Positions 9,384 to 19,559 are shown, numbered from the stretch's first letter. The stretch: DNA of 64,000 nt from Candidatus Moraniibacteriota bacterium (GCA_016699875.1 CP064989.1:848525-912524), one strand, 5' to 3'. Notes: generated by a model not told the origin, from the sequence alone. A program made the numbers and translations.

Positions 9384-11963
9384 GTGTTTTTTATGCCGAA
9401 AAAGGCGAAAGTCGAGGCGCATTTGCCGCAGGAGTGGATTACGGTGAAGGGGGCGCGGACGCACAATTTGAAAAATATCACCGTGTCGATTCCGCGAGGA
9501 AAGATGACGGCATTTACCGGACTCTCGGGGTCGGGGAAGTCTTCGCTCGCCTTCGATACGATATTCGCCGAGGGGCAGCGGCGGTATGTCGAGTCGCTCT
9601 CGGCATATGCGCGGCAGTTCTTGAACCAAATGCAGAAGCCGGATGTCGACGAAATCGAAGGGCTCTCGCCGGCGATTTCGATCGATCAGAAATCGCGCTC
9701 ATCCAATCCGAGATCGACTGTGGCGACGATTACCGAAATCTATGACTACTTGCGCGTGCTCTACGCGCGCATCGGGCGGCCGCATTGTCTTCTCTGCGGG
9801 CGGGAAATCTCCAAACTTTCGACGGACGAAATGATCGGATTCATTTCGGAGCGAGCGGCGGCATCGAGTACGAAGGAATCGCTTCGTATTCTGGCGCCGG
9901 TGGTGCGCGGGCGGAAGGGTGAATACTATCAGCTTCTCTATGATGCGCTTGGCAAAGGGTTTTCAGAAGCTCGAATTGATGGCGAGATGAAGAGTCTGCG
10001 CGAGCGCGTCGTGCTCTCAAAACACAAGGCGCATACTATTGACCTCTTGGTCGATACAATACCTGTGTCGGAACTCTCGAGTACGATGTGGAGCGAGGAT
10101 GCGGCGATGCGTCTCCGTGAGGCGGTGGAACGATCGCTTGAGGAATCGGAAGGACTCGTCAAAGTCGTGATCGGCGAAGATGAGAAACTTCTGTCGTCGA
10201 AATACTCCTGCCCCTACGACGGGTTTTCATATCCGGAGGTTGAGCCGCGATTGTTTTCGTTCAATTCTCCCTATGGCGCGTGTCCGGAATGCAACGGACT
10301 GGGTACGAAGCATTTCTTCGGAAGCGATCCGTGCCCGGTGTGTCATGGGAGCCGCTTGCGCGAAGAGGCGCTTCAGGTAAAGGTATGCGGCAAGAACATC
10401 GTGGAATTCTCCGGCATGGTGATCGGCGAAGCGAAGGCGTTTCTCGATACGGCGGCGCTTGATGATCGCGAACGAGCTATTGCGGCGGTGGTTCTCCGGG
10501 AAATCGGCAGCCGCTTGAAGTTTCTTCTCGATGTCGGACTTGAGTATCTCTCGCTTGATCGCCGCGCCAATACGCTCTCGGGCGGCGAGTCGCAGCGCAT
10601 TCGTCTGGCGTCGCAGCTGGGAAGTCGGTTGGTGGGCGCGCTTTATGTATTGGATGAGCCGACGATCGGTCTGCACCCGCGCGACAATGATCGTCTCATC
10701 AAGACACTCGTTGAGTTGCGCAATCTCGGCAATACGATTATCGTCGTTGAGCATGATGAAGATACGATTTTCGCTTCCGACTATATTGTCGATATCGGAC
10801 CCAAAGCCGGCGTGCATGGCGGCGAAGTGGTGGTATCCGGATTTCTCGAAGAATTGCTGACGGCGAAGAAAAACGAATCGAAGTCGCTCACGCTTTCGTA
10901 TCTCCGTGGCGAGTCGATTATTCCGGTGCCGGAGCGGCGGCGTACGAAAGAGAAGGGTGCGGTAAAGATTCGTGGTGGCAGGGCATTCAATATCAAGAAT
11001 ATGGATGCGGATATTCCGCTCGGGCGCATCGTGGCGATTACTGGCGTGTCCGGATCTGGCAAGTCATCATTTCTCTATGAGATTCTCTATCAAAATCTTC
11101 GTGCGCGACTTGATCGGCGATATCGGAGTCCGAAGACGGTAAATTGCGCTTCATTCACGGGGACGGAATATCTCTCTCGCGCCGTGCTGATTGACCAGTC
11201 GCCAATCGGGCGGACACCGCGCTCCAACCCGGCGACCTATACCGGCATGTGGACGCATATTCGCGATATGTTTGCGTTGACTCCGGAAGCGCGCTTGCGC
11301 GGGTGGCGATCGGGGCGGTTCTCATTCAATGTGAAGGGCGGGCGATGTGAGACGTGTGAAGGAAACGGACAGATTGCGGTCGAGATGCACTTCTTGCCGA
11401 CCGTGTACGTGCCGTGCGATGTCTGTGGCGGGAAACGCTTTACCAAGGAAACGCTCGAAGTGACCTACAAGCACAAAAGTATCTATGATGTTCTTCGGAT
11501 GACCGTCGAAGAAGCGCGAGAATTTTTCAAGGACATTCCCGCGATTGCGGATCGCTTACAGACGCTCCTTGACGTGGGGCTTGGCTATCTCGAACTTGGA
11601 CAGTCAGCGACGACGCTCTCGGGCGGAGAGGCGCAACGCATAAAAATTGCGAGCGAACTCTATCGCCCCAATCTTCAACGAACGATGTATCTTCTCGATG
11701 AGCCGACCGTCGGGCTCCATTATGAGGATGTGCGAAAGCTTATCGAAATTCTCGACCGGCTCGTCGAAAAGGGAAACACGGTCGTAACCATTGAACACAA
11801 TATGGATATCTTGAAGAGCGCCGATTATATCCTCGATATCGGCCCCGAAGGTGGCGCAGGCGGTGGCTGCCTCGTTGGGAAAGGCACTCCCGAACAAGTC
11901 GCCAACAATCCGAAGTCACACACGGGCATATATTTGAAACGGGTGTTGAAACACGCGCGGTAA
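9384..11963 (+). CDS. uvrA: excinuclease ABC subunit A
   Basis: Two ABC ATPase modules are present (GLSGSGKSSLAFDT and GVSGSGKSSFLYE; LSGGESQR and LSGGEAQR signatures). Zinc-finger Cys clusters are present (CPYDG..CPEC, CETCEGNG..CDVCGGKR). The table start is GTG at 9384. An in-frame ATG (MPKKAK) at 9393 is an alternative. Confidence 0.9.
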   Translation: MFFMPKKAKVEAHLPQEWITVKGARTHNLKNITVSIPRGKMTAFTGLSGSGKSSLAFDTIFAEGQRRYVESLSAYARQFLNQMQKPDVDEIEGLSPAISIDQKSRSSNPRSTVATITEIYDYLRVLYARIGRPHCLLCGREISKLSTDEMIGFISERAAASSTKESLRILAPVVRGRKGEYYQLLYDALGKGFSEARIDGEMKSLRERVVLSKHKAHTIDLLVDTIPVSELSSTMWSEDAAMRLREAVERSLEESEGLVKVVIGEDEKLLSSKYSCPYDGFSYPEVEPRLFSFNSPYGACPECNGLGTKHFFGSDPCPVCHGSRLREEALQVKVCGKNIVEFSGMVIGEAKAFLDTAALDDRERAIAAVVLREIGSRLKFLLDVGLEYLSLDRRANTLSGGESQRIRLASQLGSRLVGALYVLDEPTIGLHPRDNDRLIKTLVELRNLGNTIIVVEHDEDTIFASDYIVDIGPKAGVHGGEVVVSGFLEELLTAKKNESKSLTLSYLRGESIIPVPERRRTKEKGAVKIRGGRAFNIKNMDADIPLGRIVAITGVSGSGKSSFLYEILYQNLRARLDRRYRSPKTVNCASFTGTEYLSRAVLIDQSPIGRTPRSNPATYTGMWTHIRDMFALTPEARLRGWRSGRFSFNVKGGRCETCEGNGQIAVEMHFLPTVYVPCDVCGGKRFTKETLEVTYKHKSIYDVLRMTVEEAREFFKDIPAIADRLQTLLDVGLGYLELGQSATTLSGGEAQRIKIASELYRPNLQRTMYLLDEPTVGLHYEDVRKLIEILDRLVEKGNTVVTIEHNMDILKSADYILDIGPEGGAGGGCLVGKGTPEQVANNPKSHTGIYLKRVLKHAR

Positions 11964-11989
11964 TATACCCATAGACCTTTGTTTATTCT

Positions 11990-13051
11990 GTGATTTCTCG
12001 TAGATTTCTTGGTGCTATGCAGACCAAACGGATTGTGACAATTGGCGGGGGGACGGGGAGTTTTACGTTGCTGCAGGGATTGAAGCGGCACCCGTTTCGG
12101 CTTTCGGCAATTGTTTCCATGGCGGACGACGGCGGATCGACCGGGGTGCTTCGTGATGAGCTTGGGGTATTGCCGCCGGGCGATGTGCGGCAGTGTCTCG
12201 TGGCGCTTTCGCAGTCGTCGGACAAGATGCGCGAACTCATGAACTATCGTTTCGAAGACGGGGGACTCAAGGGGCATAGTTTCGGCAACTTGTTCTTGTC
12301 GGCACTCGAGAAGATGGAGGGGAATTTTTCAGAAGGCGTCCAGCGGGCAATGGAAATACTGAATGTGTGCGGTGAAGTGATTCCCGTCACCGATGACGAT
12401 GCACATCTCGAGATGAAACTTTCCGATGGAACGATATTGCGAGGAGAAAATGAGATTAATCATGCGGAGACATTGCAGGAGTCCGGCATTGAAAAGTTCT
12501 CTTTTGCAAAGCCGGTTCGGGCGAGCACTCTTGCTTTGAAACGAATTGGCGAGGCGGATGCGATTGTGATCGGACCGGGGAATTTTTACTGCAGCCTCTT
12601 GCCCAATATGCTCATCAAGAGCTGCGCAAGAGCGATACGCGATGCGTCGGCGCGGGTGATATTTGTCGCCAACCTGACGAATAAGCGCGGGCATACGAGC
12701 GGCTGGAATATCGGGGACTTTGTGCGGGAACTGGAGAAGTATATCGGGCATGGCCGTGTGGATTTCGTTGTCTGGAATGCGCGGAAGCCCAGCGGAGAAC
12801 TCATTCGGAAATATGAAGAGCAGGAAGGAGAAGGCATGCTGGTTGACTTTGATCGGGAAGGAGATGATTCTCGCACGTACCGCGTGCTCCGCGCCGATAT
12901 CGTGTCGGATCGCGCGCCGGTTGCGCAGGGAAGCGACGCAATCGCGACGACACGCTCGTTTATTCGCCACGATCCGGATCGTCTGGCGCAGGCAATTGCT
13001 TTCTTGGTCCATTTTGATTCAAAGAAGCGCGTTATTCACGATATCGTATGA
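11990..13051 (+). CDS. YvcK/CofD-like family protein (UPF0052; gluconeogenesis factor / 2-phospho-L-lactate transferase fold)
   Basis: The N-terminal VTIGGGTGSFTLLQGLK and ..MADDGGSTG.. motifs are typical of the YvcK/CofD family. The real start may be the internal Met (MQTKRIV). Confidence 0.7.
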   Translation: MISRRFLGAMQTKRIVTIGGGTGSFTLLQGLKRHPFRLSAIVSMADDGGSTGVLRDELGVLPPGDVRQCLVALSQSSDKMRELMNYRFEDGGLKGHSFGNLFLSALEKMEGNFSEGVQRAMEILNVCGEVIPVTDDDAHLEMKLSDGTILRGENEINHAETLQESGIEKFSFAKPVRASTLALKRIGEADAIVIGPGNFYCSLLPNMLIKSCARAIRDASARVIFVANLTNKRGHTSGWNIGDFVRELEKYIGHGRVDFVVWNARKPSGELIRKYEEQEGEGMLVDFDREGDDSRTYRVLRADIVSDRAPVAQGSDAIATTRSFIRHDPDRLAQAIAFLVHFDSKKRVIHDIV

Positions 13052-14400
13052 ATATTGAAATGTTTGAAAATCAATATCGAAAACAGTTGCCCGACTCTCC
13101 GGGGGTGTATTTTTTCGTGGACGAACAGGGGCGGATACTGTATATCGGCAAGGCGACGTCGCTTCGGGATCGGGTGAAAAGTTATTTCATGCAAGACATG
13201 CTCCTGACACGCGGACCGAAAATTGTGCGGATGCTTGAACTTGCGACGGATATCAAATGGCAAGAAGCCGACTCGGCGCTCGAAGCACTGCTTCTTGAAG
13301 CAAATCTTATTCACAAGCATCGGCCGCCGTACAATACAGACGCGAAAGATGACAAGAGCTGGAATCATGTTGTGATCACGAAGGAGAAATTTCCGCGAGT
13401 GCTTATTGAACGCGGTAGAAGATTGGAAGATCGAATATCGAATGCGGAAGAGGGAAGTAAGAATAAAGAATTTGGAATGAAGATTCGGGCGATGTTCGGA
13501 CCGTTCCCGAGCGGCGGGTCGCTCAAGGAGGCGGTGAAAATTGTGCGGAAAATTTTTCCGTTTCGGGATACTTGCACGCCGTTTGATAATGCTGCAAGCA
13601 AAGAAGATGCAATCAAATCTGCTCGTCATGCTTCTCGACGAAGGAGAGATGTGAGGGGGTGTTTTAACTCGCAAATAGGATTGTGCCCCGGCGTCTGCAC
13701 GGGTGATATATCGGCGCGGGAATATGGCAAGACGATACGAAATATAATTTTGTTCTTCGAGGGGAAGAAATCGACTCTCGTGCGTATGCTGGAACGCGAA
13801 ATGAAATCCGAGGCGAGAGCGCTTCGATTTGAGCGTGCAAGCGAAATTAAGAAAACGCTCTTTGCACTTTCGCATATTCAAGATGTGGCGCTTTTGAAGA
13901 AAAGCATATTCGATATTTCTTCGTCTGAGCGTTCCGGCGAATCGGAAGGAAAACAGAGAATAGAATCGTACGATGTGGCACACTTGGGCGGAACGGATAC
14001 GGTTGGCGTGATGACAGTGGTGGAGAATGGAAAGTCCAACAATCAAGCATATCGGAAATTTATTCTTCGAGGTGAGGCGCGCGGAAATGATTTGGCGGCA
14101 CTTGAAGAAGTATTGAGGCGCCGCTTCAAACACAGCGAGTGGGGATTGCCGACACTCATTGTCGTTGATGGGTCAAACCTTCAGAGACATGTAGCCGAAG
14201 CGGTATTGCGTGATTTTTCGATTGATATCCCGATTGTTTCTGTTCTGAAAGACGAGCATCATCGGCCAAAGGGGGTGCTCGGACCAAGAAAGGAGCGAAT
14301 GGCTCATCAAGAATCCATACTCCTTGCCAATAGCGAGGCGCACCGATTTGCAATTTCTTTTCATCGGAAGCGCAGAGGACGGGCTTTCTTAAGACAGTGA
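13048..14400 (+). CDS. uvrC: excinuclease ABC subunit C (GIY-YIG + UVR + RNase H-like endonuclease domains; C-terminal HhH domain absent)
   Basis: The GIY-YIG N-terminus is PGVYFFVDEQGRILYIGKATSLRDR. A UVR-like segment is RALRFERASEIKKTL. The RNase H-like region ends in the conserved EAHRFAIsfHRKRR. The protein stops right after this motif. In E. coli UvrC the (HhH)2 domain would follow here. Confidence 0.85.
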   Translation: MNIEMFENQYRKQLPDSPGVYFFVDEQGRILYIGKATSLRDRVKSYFMQDMLLTRGPKIVRMLELATDIKWQEADSALEALLLEANLIHKHRPPYNTDAKDDKSWNHVVITKEKFPRVLIERGRRLEDRISNAEEGSKNKEFGMKIRAMFGPFPSGGSLKEAVKIVRKIFPFRDTCTPFDNAASKEDAIKSARHASRRRRDVRGCFNSQIGLCPGVCTGDISAREYGKTIRNIILFFEGKKSTLVRMLEREMKSEARALRFERASEIKKTLFALSHIQDVALLKKSIFDISSSERSGESEGKQRIESYDVAHLGGTDTVGVMTVVENGKSNNQAYRKFILRGEARGNDLAALEEVLRRRFKHSEWGLPTLIVVDGSNLQRHVAEAVLRDFSIDIPIVSVLKDEHHRPKGVLGPRKERMAHQESILLANSEAHRFAISFHRKRRGRAFLRQ

Positions 14401-14483
14401 TCTGATTTTTTGTCTGTTTCCAGCTCACCTGCTACACTGACGGTAACAGAGAATTTCTTTGTATTTTCTTACAGATTCCTATT

Positions 14484-14858
14484 ATGGGTGCAACGAAAAA
14501 AATTCTTATTATAGAGGATGAGAAACCGTTGTCTCGGGCGTTGGAATTAAAACTGACGCATGTCGGATTTGAGACGAAAACCGCCGTGAACGGCGAAGAA
14601 GGGCTGTCTCTCTTGCAGAAGGAATCGTTCGATCTTGTTCTGACGGATTTGGTTATGCCGAAGGTGGATGGGTTTGCCGTGCTTTCGGCACTGAAGGAGC
14701 GAGGCAATACGACGCCGGTGATTGTATTGACCAATTTAAGCCAAGCGGAAGATGAGTCACGAGCGAGAACTCTTGGCGCATCGGGCTTTTTGGTAAAATC
14801 GGATATCTCTGTCGCTGAAATTGTCGAACGTATAAAGTACGTGTTCGAAGAGGCATGA
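14484..14858 (+). CDS. single-domain response regulator (CheY-like receiver)
   Basis: ILIIEDE..D(L)VLTDLVMPKVDG..VIVLTN.. matches a REC domain, including the conserved Asp and Lys. There is no output domain. It lies directly upstream of pilB. Confidence 0.8.
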   Translation: MGATKKILIIEDEKPLSRALELKLTHVGFETKTAVNGEEGLSLLQKESFDLVLTDLVMPKVDGFAVLSALKERGNTTPVIVLTNLSQAEDESRARTLGASGFLVKSDISVAEIVERIKYVFEEA

Positions 14859-14911
14859 GTTTTTCTCCGGATCGGTTTTCTTGAGGGAGCAAAAATAAAA
14901 AGAGGGATTTT

Positions 14912-16570
14912 ATGGATATCAGTGCGGAGGACATCAAGAGGATTCTTCTCGAGGGGAGTTATGTGGCGCAGGACGATATTCGGAAGACAGAAATAAAAGC
15001 GGAGGCTCGGGGAATTTCTCTGACGAAGCTTCTCTTAGAGGAGGGATTGATGAGCAAGGATCTTTTGGGACAGGCGATTGCCGAATCGCTCGGTGTGTCG
15101 TATTCCGATTTGAATTCCGCATCTGTCTCACCGGAGCAGGTGAGGCGAATTCCCGAAGAGATTGCAAAGAAATATCGCGCGGTTGTTTTTTCCGAAAAAC
15201 AAGACACTGTTACCATTGCAACAGATTCTCCTCGAGAAGAGGTGATGATTTCAGAGATTGCCCCGATTTTTACTGGCAAGAAAATTGTTACAACTTATTC
15301 ACTTCCGGAGGACATCGAGTCACTTTTTATTCATTACAAGAAATCGCTCGAGACGCGCTTCTCAAAGATTCTTGAAGATAATAGCCAGGTTGCTTCGGGA
15401 TTTCTGGAGGAGATATTCGAAGATGCGGTTGAGTTTCGGGCATCGGATATTCATTTTGAGCCGAATGAGAGTAGTGTGGTTATTCGGTTTCGTATCGATG
15501 GCGTCTTGCAAAATGCCGGAACGCTTCCGAAAGAATACTACGATACGCTATTGAATCGAATCAAGGTGAAGAGCGGTTTGCGTATCGACGAGCACTTCTC
15601 GGCACAGGACGGATCGCTACGGTATGGAAAAGGCGATGGAGCGGTTGATATGCGGGTCTCGATTGTCCCGACTGTCGAGGGAGAAAAAGCAGTGTTGAGA
15701 GTGCTCTCTTCCTATATTGAGGGGCTCTCGTTGGCAGATATCGGTCTTTCTTCCGAGAATCAGGAAGTGTTGCAAACGTCTGCCAAGAAGCCGTTCGGCA
15801 TGATCTTGGTCGTGGGACCGACGGGAAGCGGGAAGACAACGACGCTGTATTCATTGCTGAAACTTCTGAATAGCCCCGATGCGAACATTACCACTATCGA
15901 AGATCCGGTCGAATACAAAGTGAGAGGAATAAATCAGATTCAAGTGAATGCGCGAACGAACTTGACATTTGCTCAGGGCTTGCGTTCGATTGTCCGTCAA
16001 GATCCCGATACGATTCTTGTGGGGGAGATACGTGATCGGGAAACAGCGGAAATCGCAGTGAATGCGGCACTCACCGGACATTTGCTTCTCTCAACCTTTC
16101 ACGCGAATGATGCAGCGACAGCACTCCCTCGGCTGGTTGATATGGGCATTGAATCGTTTCTCTTAGCCTCGACGCTTGATATCATCGTAGCGCAACGTTT
16201 GGTACGAAAGATATGTGCGGCATGCCGATCGGGAGTTTCGGCGTCTGTTCTCAGTGGAAAGCTCGGCGCGGTATCTCGGTCTGTTTTGACGACATATTTC
16301 CCTGAGGAGTCGGCCACATTTTATGAAGGAAAGGGATGCGCTCTGTGTAGCGGCACGGGATATAAAGGGCGAACGGCGCTTTTTGAATGCATACGTATCA
16401 CGCCTGCCATGCAGGATCTTATTGTGAAAAAACCGTCGACGCAAGAAATATGGAAGTTGGCAAGAGAGGAAGGTTCACTTTCCTTGTTTGAAGACGGCGT
16501 CCTTAAGGTGAAGAATGGCATTACTACTGCAGAGGAGTTGTTCCGTGTCGCTGAGCCGCCAAATGTATGA
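14912..16570 (+). CDS. pilB: type IV pilus assembly ATPase PilB (GspE family)
   Basis: Walker A is GPTGSGKTTTLYSLL. A GspE N-terminal domain is present. The tetracysteine zinc motif is CAACRS..CALCSGTGYKGR. Asp and His box regions are present. Confidence 0.85.
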   Translation: MDISAEDIKRILLEGSYVAQDDIRKTEIKAEARGISLTKLLLEEGLMSKDLLGQAIAESLGVSYSDLNSASVSPEQVRRIPEEIAKKYRAVVFSEKQDTVTIATDSPREEVMISEIAPIFTGKKIVTTYSLPEDIESLFIHYKKSLETRFSKILEDNSQVASGFLEEIFEDAVEFRASDIHFEPNESSVVIRFRIDGVLQNAGTLPKEYYDTLLNRIKVKSGLRIDEHFSAQDGSLRYGKGDGAVDMRVSIVPTVEGEKAVLRVLSSYIEGLSLADIGLSSENQEVLQTSAKKPFGMILVVGPTGSGKTTTLYSLLKLLNSPDANITTIEDPVEYKVRGINQIQVNARTNLTFAQGLRSIVRQDPDTILVGEIRDRETAEIAVNAALTGHLLLSTFHANDAATALPRLVDMGIESFLLASTLDIIVAQRLVRKICAACRSGVSASVLSGKLGAVSRSVLTTYFPEESATFYEGKGCALCSGTGYKGRTALFECIRITPAMQDLIVKKPSTQEIWKLAREEGSLSLFEDGVLKVKNGITTAEELFRVAEPPNV

Positions 16571-18021
16571 GTAATGCAACATCGGCATCTCATCGCCTAT
16601 TCGCCACGGTTGGATTGGGGAAGGAGTTGGATTATTTGGTTGAGAATTTGAGCATGCTTGTGTCGGCGGGTATGCCTGTTTCGAGCGCGCTTGATGCGAT
16701 CGCCGAAGAAACGCAGTCTCATCGAATGAAACGCGCTATTCTCTCGATGCGCACTGATATCGAGAGCGGATTGACGCTCTGGGCAGCTTTGGAAAGAAGC
16801 GGATTGTTCCGAGAACATGTAGTATCGCTTGTCCGCATCGGCGAAGAATCCGGAAGGCTGGTTGAGAATCTGAAAGTAGTATCGGTTGAAGAAGAAAAAG
16901 ATCGGCTTTTCCGTTCCAAACTTCGATCGGCAATGACGTATCCGATCTTTGTGCTCCTAGTGACAGCGGTTGTCGGTATCGGTATTGCATGGTTTATCTT
17001 GCCGAAACTCGCGTTGGTATTCTCACAGTTAAAGATTGCTCTTCCGTGGATCACCAAAGCACTGATTAGTGTGGGCGTGTTTCTGAATGCGTCCGGCTGG
17101 AAGGTGCTTCCAGCGGGGTCGATCGTGATTGCGGTACTTTTTTATTTCGCATTCTTCTTCCCGAAGACCAAGGTTATCGGACAGTACTTTCTGCTCTTCA
17201 TTCCCGGAGTAAAGCAGTTGATATCGGAGGTTGAAATGGCGCGGTTCGGATTTCTTTTGGGGACGCTTCTTTCCGCGGGAATACCGGTGGTAAAGTCTCT
17301 TGACTCTTTAGTGAGAGCGACTGATTCTGTCCCGTACAGAAAACTTTTTCTGTATCTGCGTAATTCTATTGAAGCGGGAAACTCTTTTCAAAAAAGCTTT
17401 GCTTTGTTGCGTCGCGGAGACCGTCGAATATCTCGGCCTATTCAACAACTCATCGTTGCGGCTGAACGATCCGGAAATCTTCCGGAAACATTCTTGAAGA
17501 TAGGATCGACGTACGAAGGCAAAGCGGATGCGACGACGAAAAATCTCACGGTTATTTTGGAGCCGATCCTATTGGTTCTCGTATGGCTCGGAGTGGTCGG
17601 AGTGGCGCTTGCGGTTATTCTTCCGATCTACAGTCTGGTAGGCGGACTCAACCAGAATGAAGATTCGACAGCGTCTATGCAGTCAACTACCGAACAGCCT
17701 CTCTCGGTCAATTCTTCTCCCGAATCCCCGGAAAGCGGATCGTTGGCCGAACCGCAAGCAATTCCAGAGACCGGTGCTGCATTGTCGGGAGAAACGCCCA
17801 ATGTTCTGCCAGTGATTCGCGTGCAAGAAACGAATGTTGGATACTTGAATGTTCGCGATATCCCTGCGGCGTCGGGTGCGCTGGTGGGGAAGGTGGTTCC
17901 GGGCGATACGCTCTCGTATACGGAAGAACGGGATGGCTGGTTCTCGGTTGTCTTGCCGAATGGAGAGTCCGGCTGGGTGTCCGGAGATTATGTGGAAAGA
18001 GTAACTGAACAATCGCCATGA
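16567..18021 (+). CDS. pilC: type IV pilus inner-membrane platform protein PilC (GspF family) fused to a C-terminal bacterial SH3 (SH3b) domain
   Basis: Two GspF-type repeats with three TM segments are present (..SGNLPETFLKIGSTYEG..). After an S/P/E-rich linker comes an SH3b-like module: VGYLNVRDIPAASGALVGKVVPGDTLSYTEERDGWFSVVLPNGESGWVSGDYVERV. Its start overlaps the pilB stop by 4 nt. Confidence 0.8.
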   Translation: MSNATSASHRLFATVGLGKELDYLVENLSMLVSAGMPVSSALDAIAEETQSHRMKRAILSMRTDIESGLTLWAALERSGLFREHVVSLVRIGEESGRLVENLKVVSVEEEKDRLFRSKLRSAMTYPIFVLLVTAVVGIGIAWFILPKLALVFSQLKIALPWITKALISVGVFLNASGWKVLPAGSIVIAVLFYFAFFFPKTKVIGQYFLLFIPGVKQLISEVEMARFGFLLGTLLSAGIPVVKSLDSLVRATDSVPYRKLFLYLRNSIEAGNSFQKSFALLRRGDRRISRPIQQLIVAAERSGNLPETFLKIGSTYEGKADATTKNLTVILEPILLVLVWLGVVGVALAVILPIYSLVGGLNQNEDSTASMQSTTEQPLSVNSSPESPESGSLAEPQAIPETGAALSGETPNVLPVIRVQETNVGYLNVRDIPAASGALVGKVVPGDTLSYTEERDGWFSVVLPNGESGWVSGDYVERVTEQSP

Positions 18022-18458
18022 GATCGTCGGCCCATGCTTTCACTCTGCTTGAAGTCATGCTCTCACTTGCGGCTATGGCGGCGATTGCGGGTATTTCCGT
18101 GCCGATCTATCAATCGTTTCAAGTAAGAAATGATTTGGATATTGCGGCAACGACTATAGCGGAGAGTTATCGTCGTGCTACGGTGCTCGCGCAGGCATCG
18201 GACGGCGATGCTAGTTGGGGAGTGCGCATTCAATCGGGAGGCGTCACCCTTTTTAAGGGGGCGAGCTATGCGGCTCGGGACGCTTCGTTCGATGAGTTTT
18301 TTCCCGTTCCGACAGGCATTGTTCCGTCAGGGATGTCCGAGGCAATTTTCGCGAAGTTTACCGGCATGCCAATGGCGACCGGCACCGTAACACTCACCTC
18401 TTCCGCCAATGAAACACGAACCATCACAATCAATACCAAGGGCATGGTTGATTACTGA
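18018..18458 (+). CDS. prepilin-type minor pilin (GspH/FimT-like)
   Basis: The class III signal is MRSSAHA|FTLLEVMLSLAAMAAIAG, with conserved Glu5 and Ala at position -1. It overlaps the pilC stop. Confidence 0.6.
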   Translation: MRSSAHAFTLLEVMLSLAAMAAIAGISVPIYQSFQVRNDLDIAATTIAESYRRATVLAQASDGDASWGVRIQSGGVTLFKGASYAARDASFDEFFPVPTGIVPSGMSEAIFAKFTGMPMATGTVTLTSSANETRTITINTKGMVDY

Positions 18459-19038
18459 GAAATTCCGCGGATTTTCGCTTGTGGAAGTGCTTCTTTCGGG
18501 CGCAGTTTTCTCGCTCCTGGTGACAGCCTTGGTGGGGGTGTATCTCTATGGCGAAGAGTCGACCGCTCTCGCGGGGAATCGAGCGCGAGCAGTCTTTTTT
18601 GCGGAAGAAGGGCTTGAAGCGGTGCGGAATATTCGTGATGCGAACTTTACTAATCTTTCTAATGGCACATACGGACTTGCAGTATCCGGAGGACAATGGA
18701 ATTTCTCTGGCTCTTCCGATACAAACGGTATTTTCACGCGAGAAGTTGTCATTAGTTCGGCGGGTATGAACCGGAAGGATGTCGAAGTAACGGTTTCTTG
18801 GCAGCAAAATGCCAGTCGGATCGGTCAGGTATCTCTTACCTCGCGTTTTACCCATTGGCAGGAGGGTTCTGCTGCCTCGTCTTCGTGTACGGAATTTGTT
18901 ATTCCGCTTGGCTATAGCCAGGGAACGTGTCGGCAGAATACGGTTCAGTGCGGTCACAATGGCGAGACACATGAGGCAGGCGGAGATGTTCTTTGCATAG
19001 GAGGACCGTCGGCGGATACCTGCTGCGCGCTTCCGTGA
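18409..19038 (+). CDS. prepilin-type minor pilin (PilV/GspI-like) with Cys-rich C-terminus
   Basis: The ..EKFRG|FSLVEVLLSGAVFSLLV prepilin motif is present. The table ATG at 18409 gives a 21-aa leader. A TTG 12 codons downstream would give a typical short basic leader. The C-terminus has 7 Cys. Confidence 0.55.
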   Translation: MKHEPSQSIPRAWLITEKFRGFSLVEVLLSGAVFSLLVTALVGVYLYGEESTALAGNRARAVFFAEEGLEAVRNIRDANFTNLSNGTYGLAVSGGQWNFSGSSDTNGIFTREVVISSAGMNRKDVEVTVSWQQNASRIGQVSLTSRFTHWQEGSAASSSCTEFVIPLGYSQGTCRQNTVQCGHNGETHEAGGDVLCIGGPSADTCCALP

Positions 19039-19043
19039 ATCCT

Positions 19044-19559
19044 ATGAAACAAAATGAATATAGACAATCCGGGTTTACACTGATCGAGCTGCTTCTCTAT
19101 GTTGGGATCGCTTCGTTATTGCTTTTTGCTGCATCGATCATCTTGTCAATATTGCTCGAATCGCGCATCAAGAATCAGACAATAGCTGAAGTTGAGGGGC
19201 AGGGCGCGGCAGTGTTACACATTCTTGGGCAATCGGTCCGAAATGCGAGTGGCATAAATTCGCCATCTCCCGGTTCAAGTGCTTCAATGCTCTCGCTTGC
19301 TGTTGATAATTCGGGAAATAATCCGACGGTGTTTAATATTGAGTTAGGCGCGCTTCGTGTGAAAGAGGGTTCATCCGGAGCGATCAATCTCACAAATAGT
19401 CGCGTTGTCGTGTCAAACTTATCGGTAGCTAATCTTTCTCGTTCGGGTACGCTGGGAACGGTTCGGATTGAGTTTACTGTGGCGGCAAAAAACACTTCCG
19501 GACGCAATGCCTATTCTTTTTCGAAAACATTTGCAACTTCGGCTACGCTGCGACAATAG
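19044..19559 (+). CDS. prepilin-type minor pilin (PilW/GspJ-like)
   Basis: Internal Met MKQNEYRQSG|FTLIELLLYVGIASLLLFAA carries the canonical G-FTLIE motif. The table ORF begins at TTG 18993. Confidence 0.55.
   Translation: MKQNEYRQSGFTLIELLLYVGIASLLLFAASIILSILLESRIKNQTIAEVEGQGAAVLHILGQSVRNASGINSPSPGSSASMLSLAVDNSGNNPTVFNIELGALRVKEGSSGAINLTNSRVVVSNLSVANLSRSGTLGTVRIEFTVAAKNTSGRNAYSFSKTFATSATLRQ

Noticed and set aside
13036-14133. 365-aa minus-strand ORF
   Set aside because: It is entirely antisense to the strongly supported uvrC gene. Its translation is R/F/K-rich with no motif. It is an antisense read-through ORF typical of GC-neutral coding DNA.
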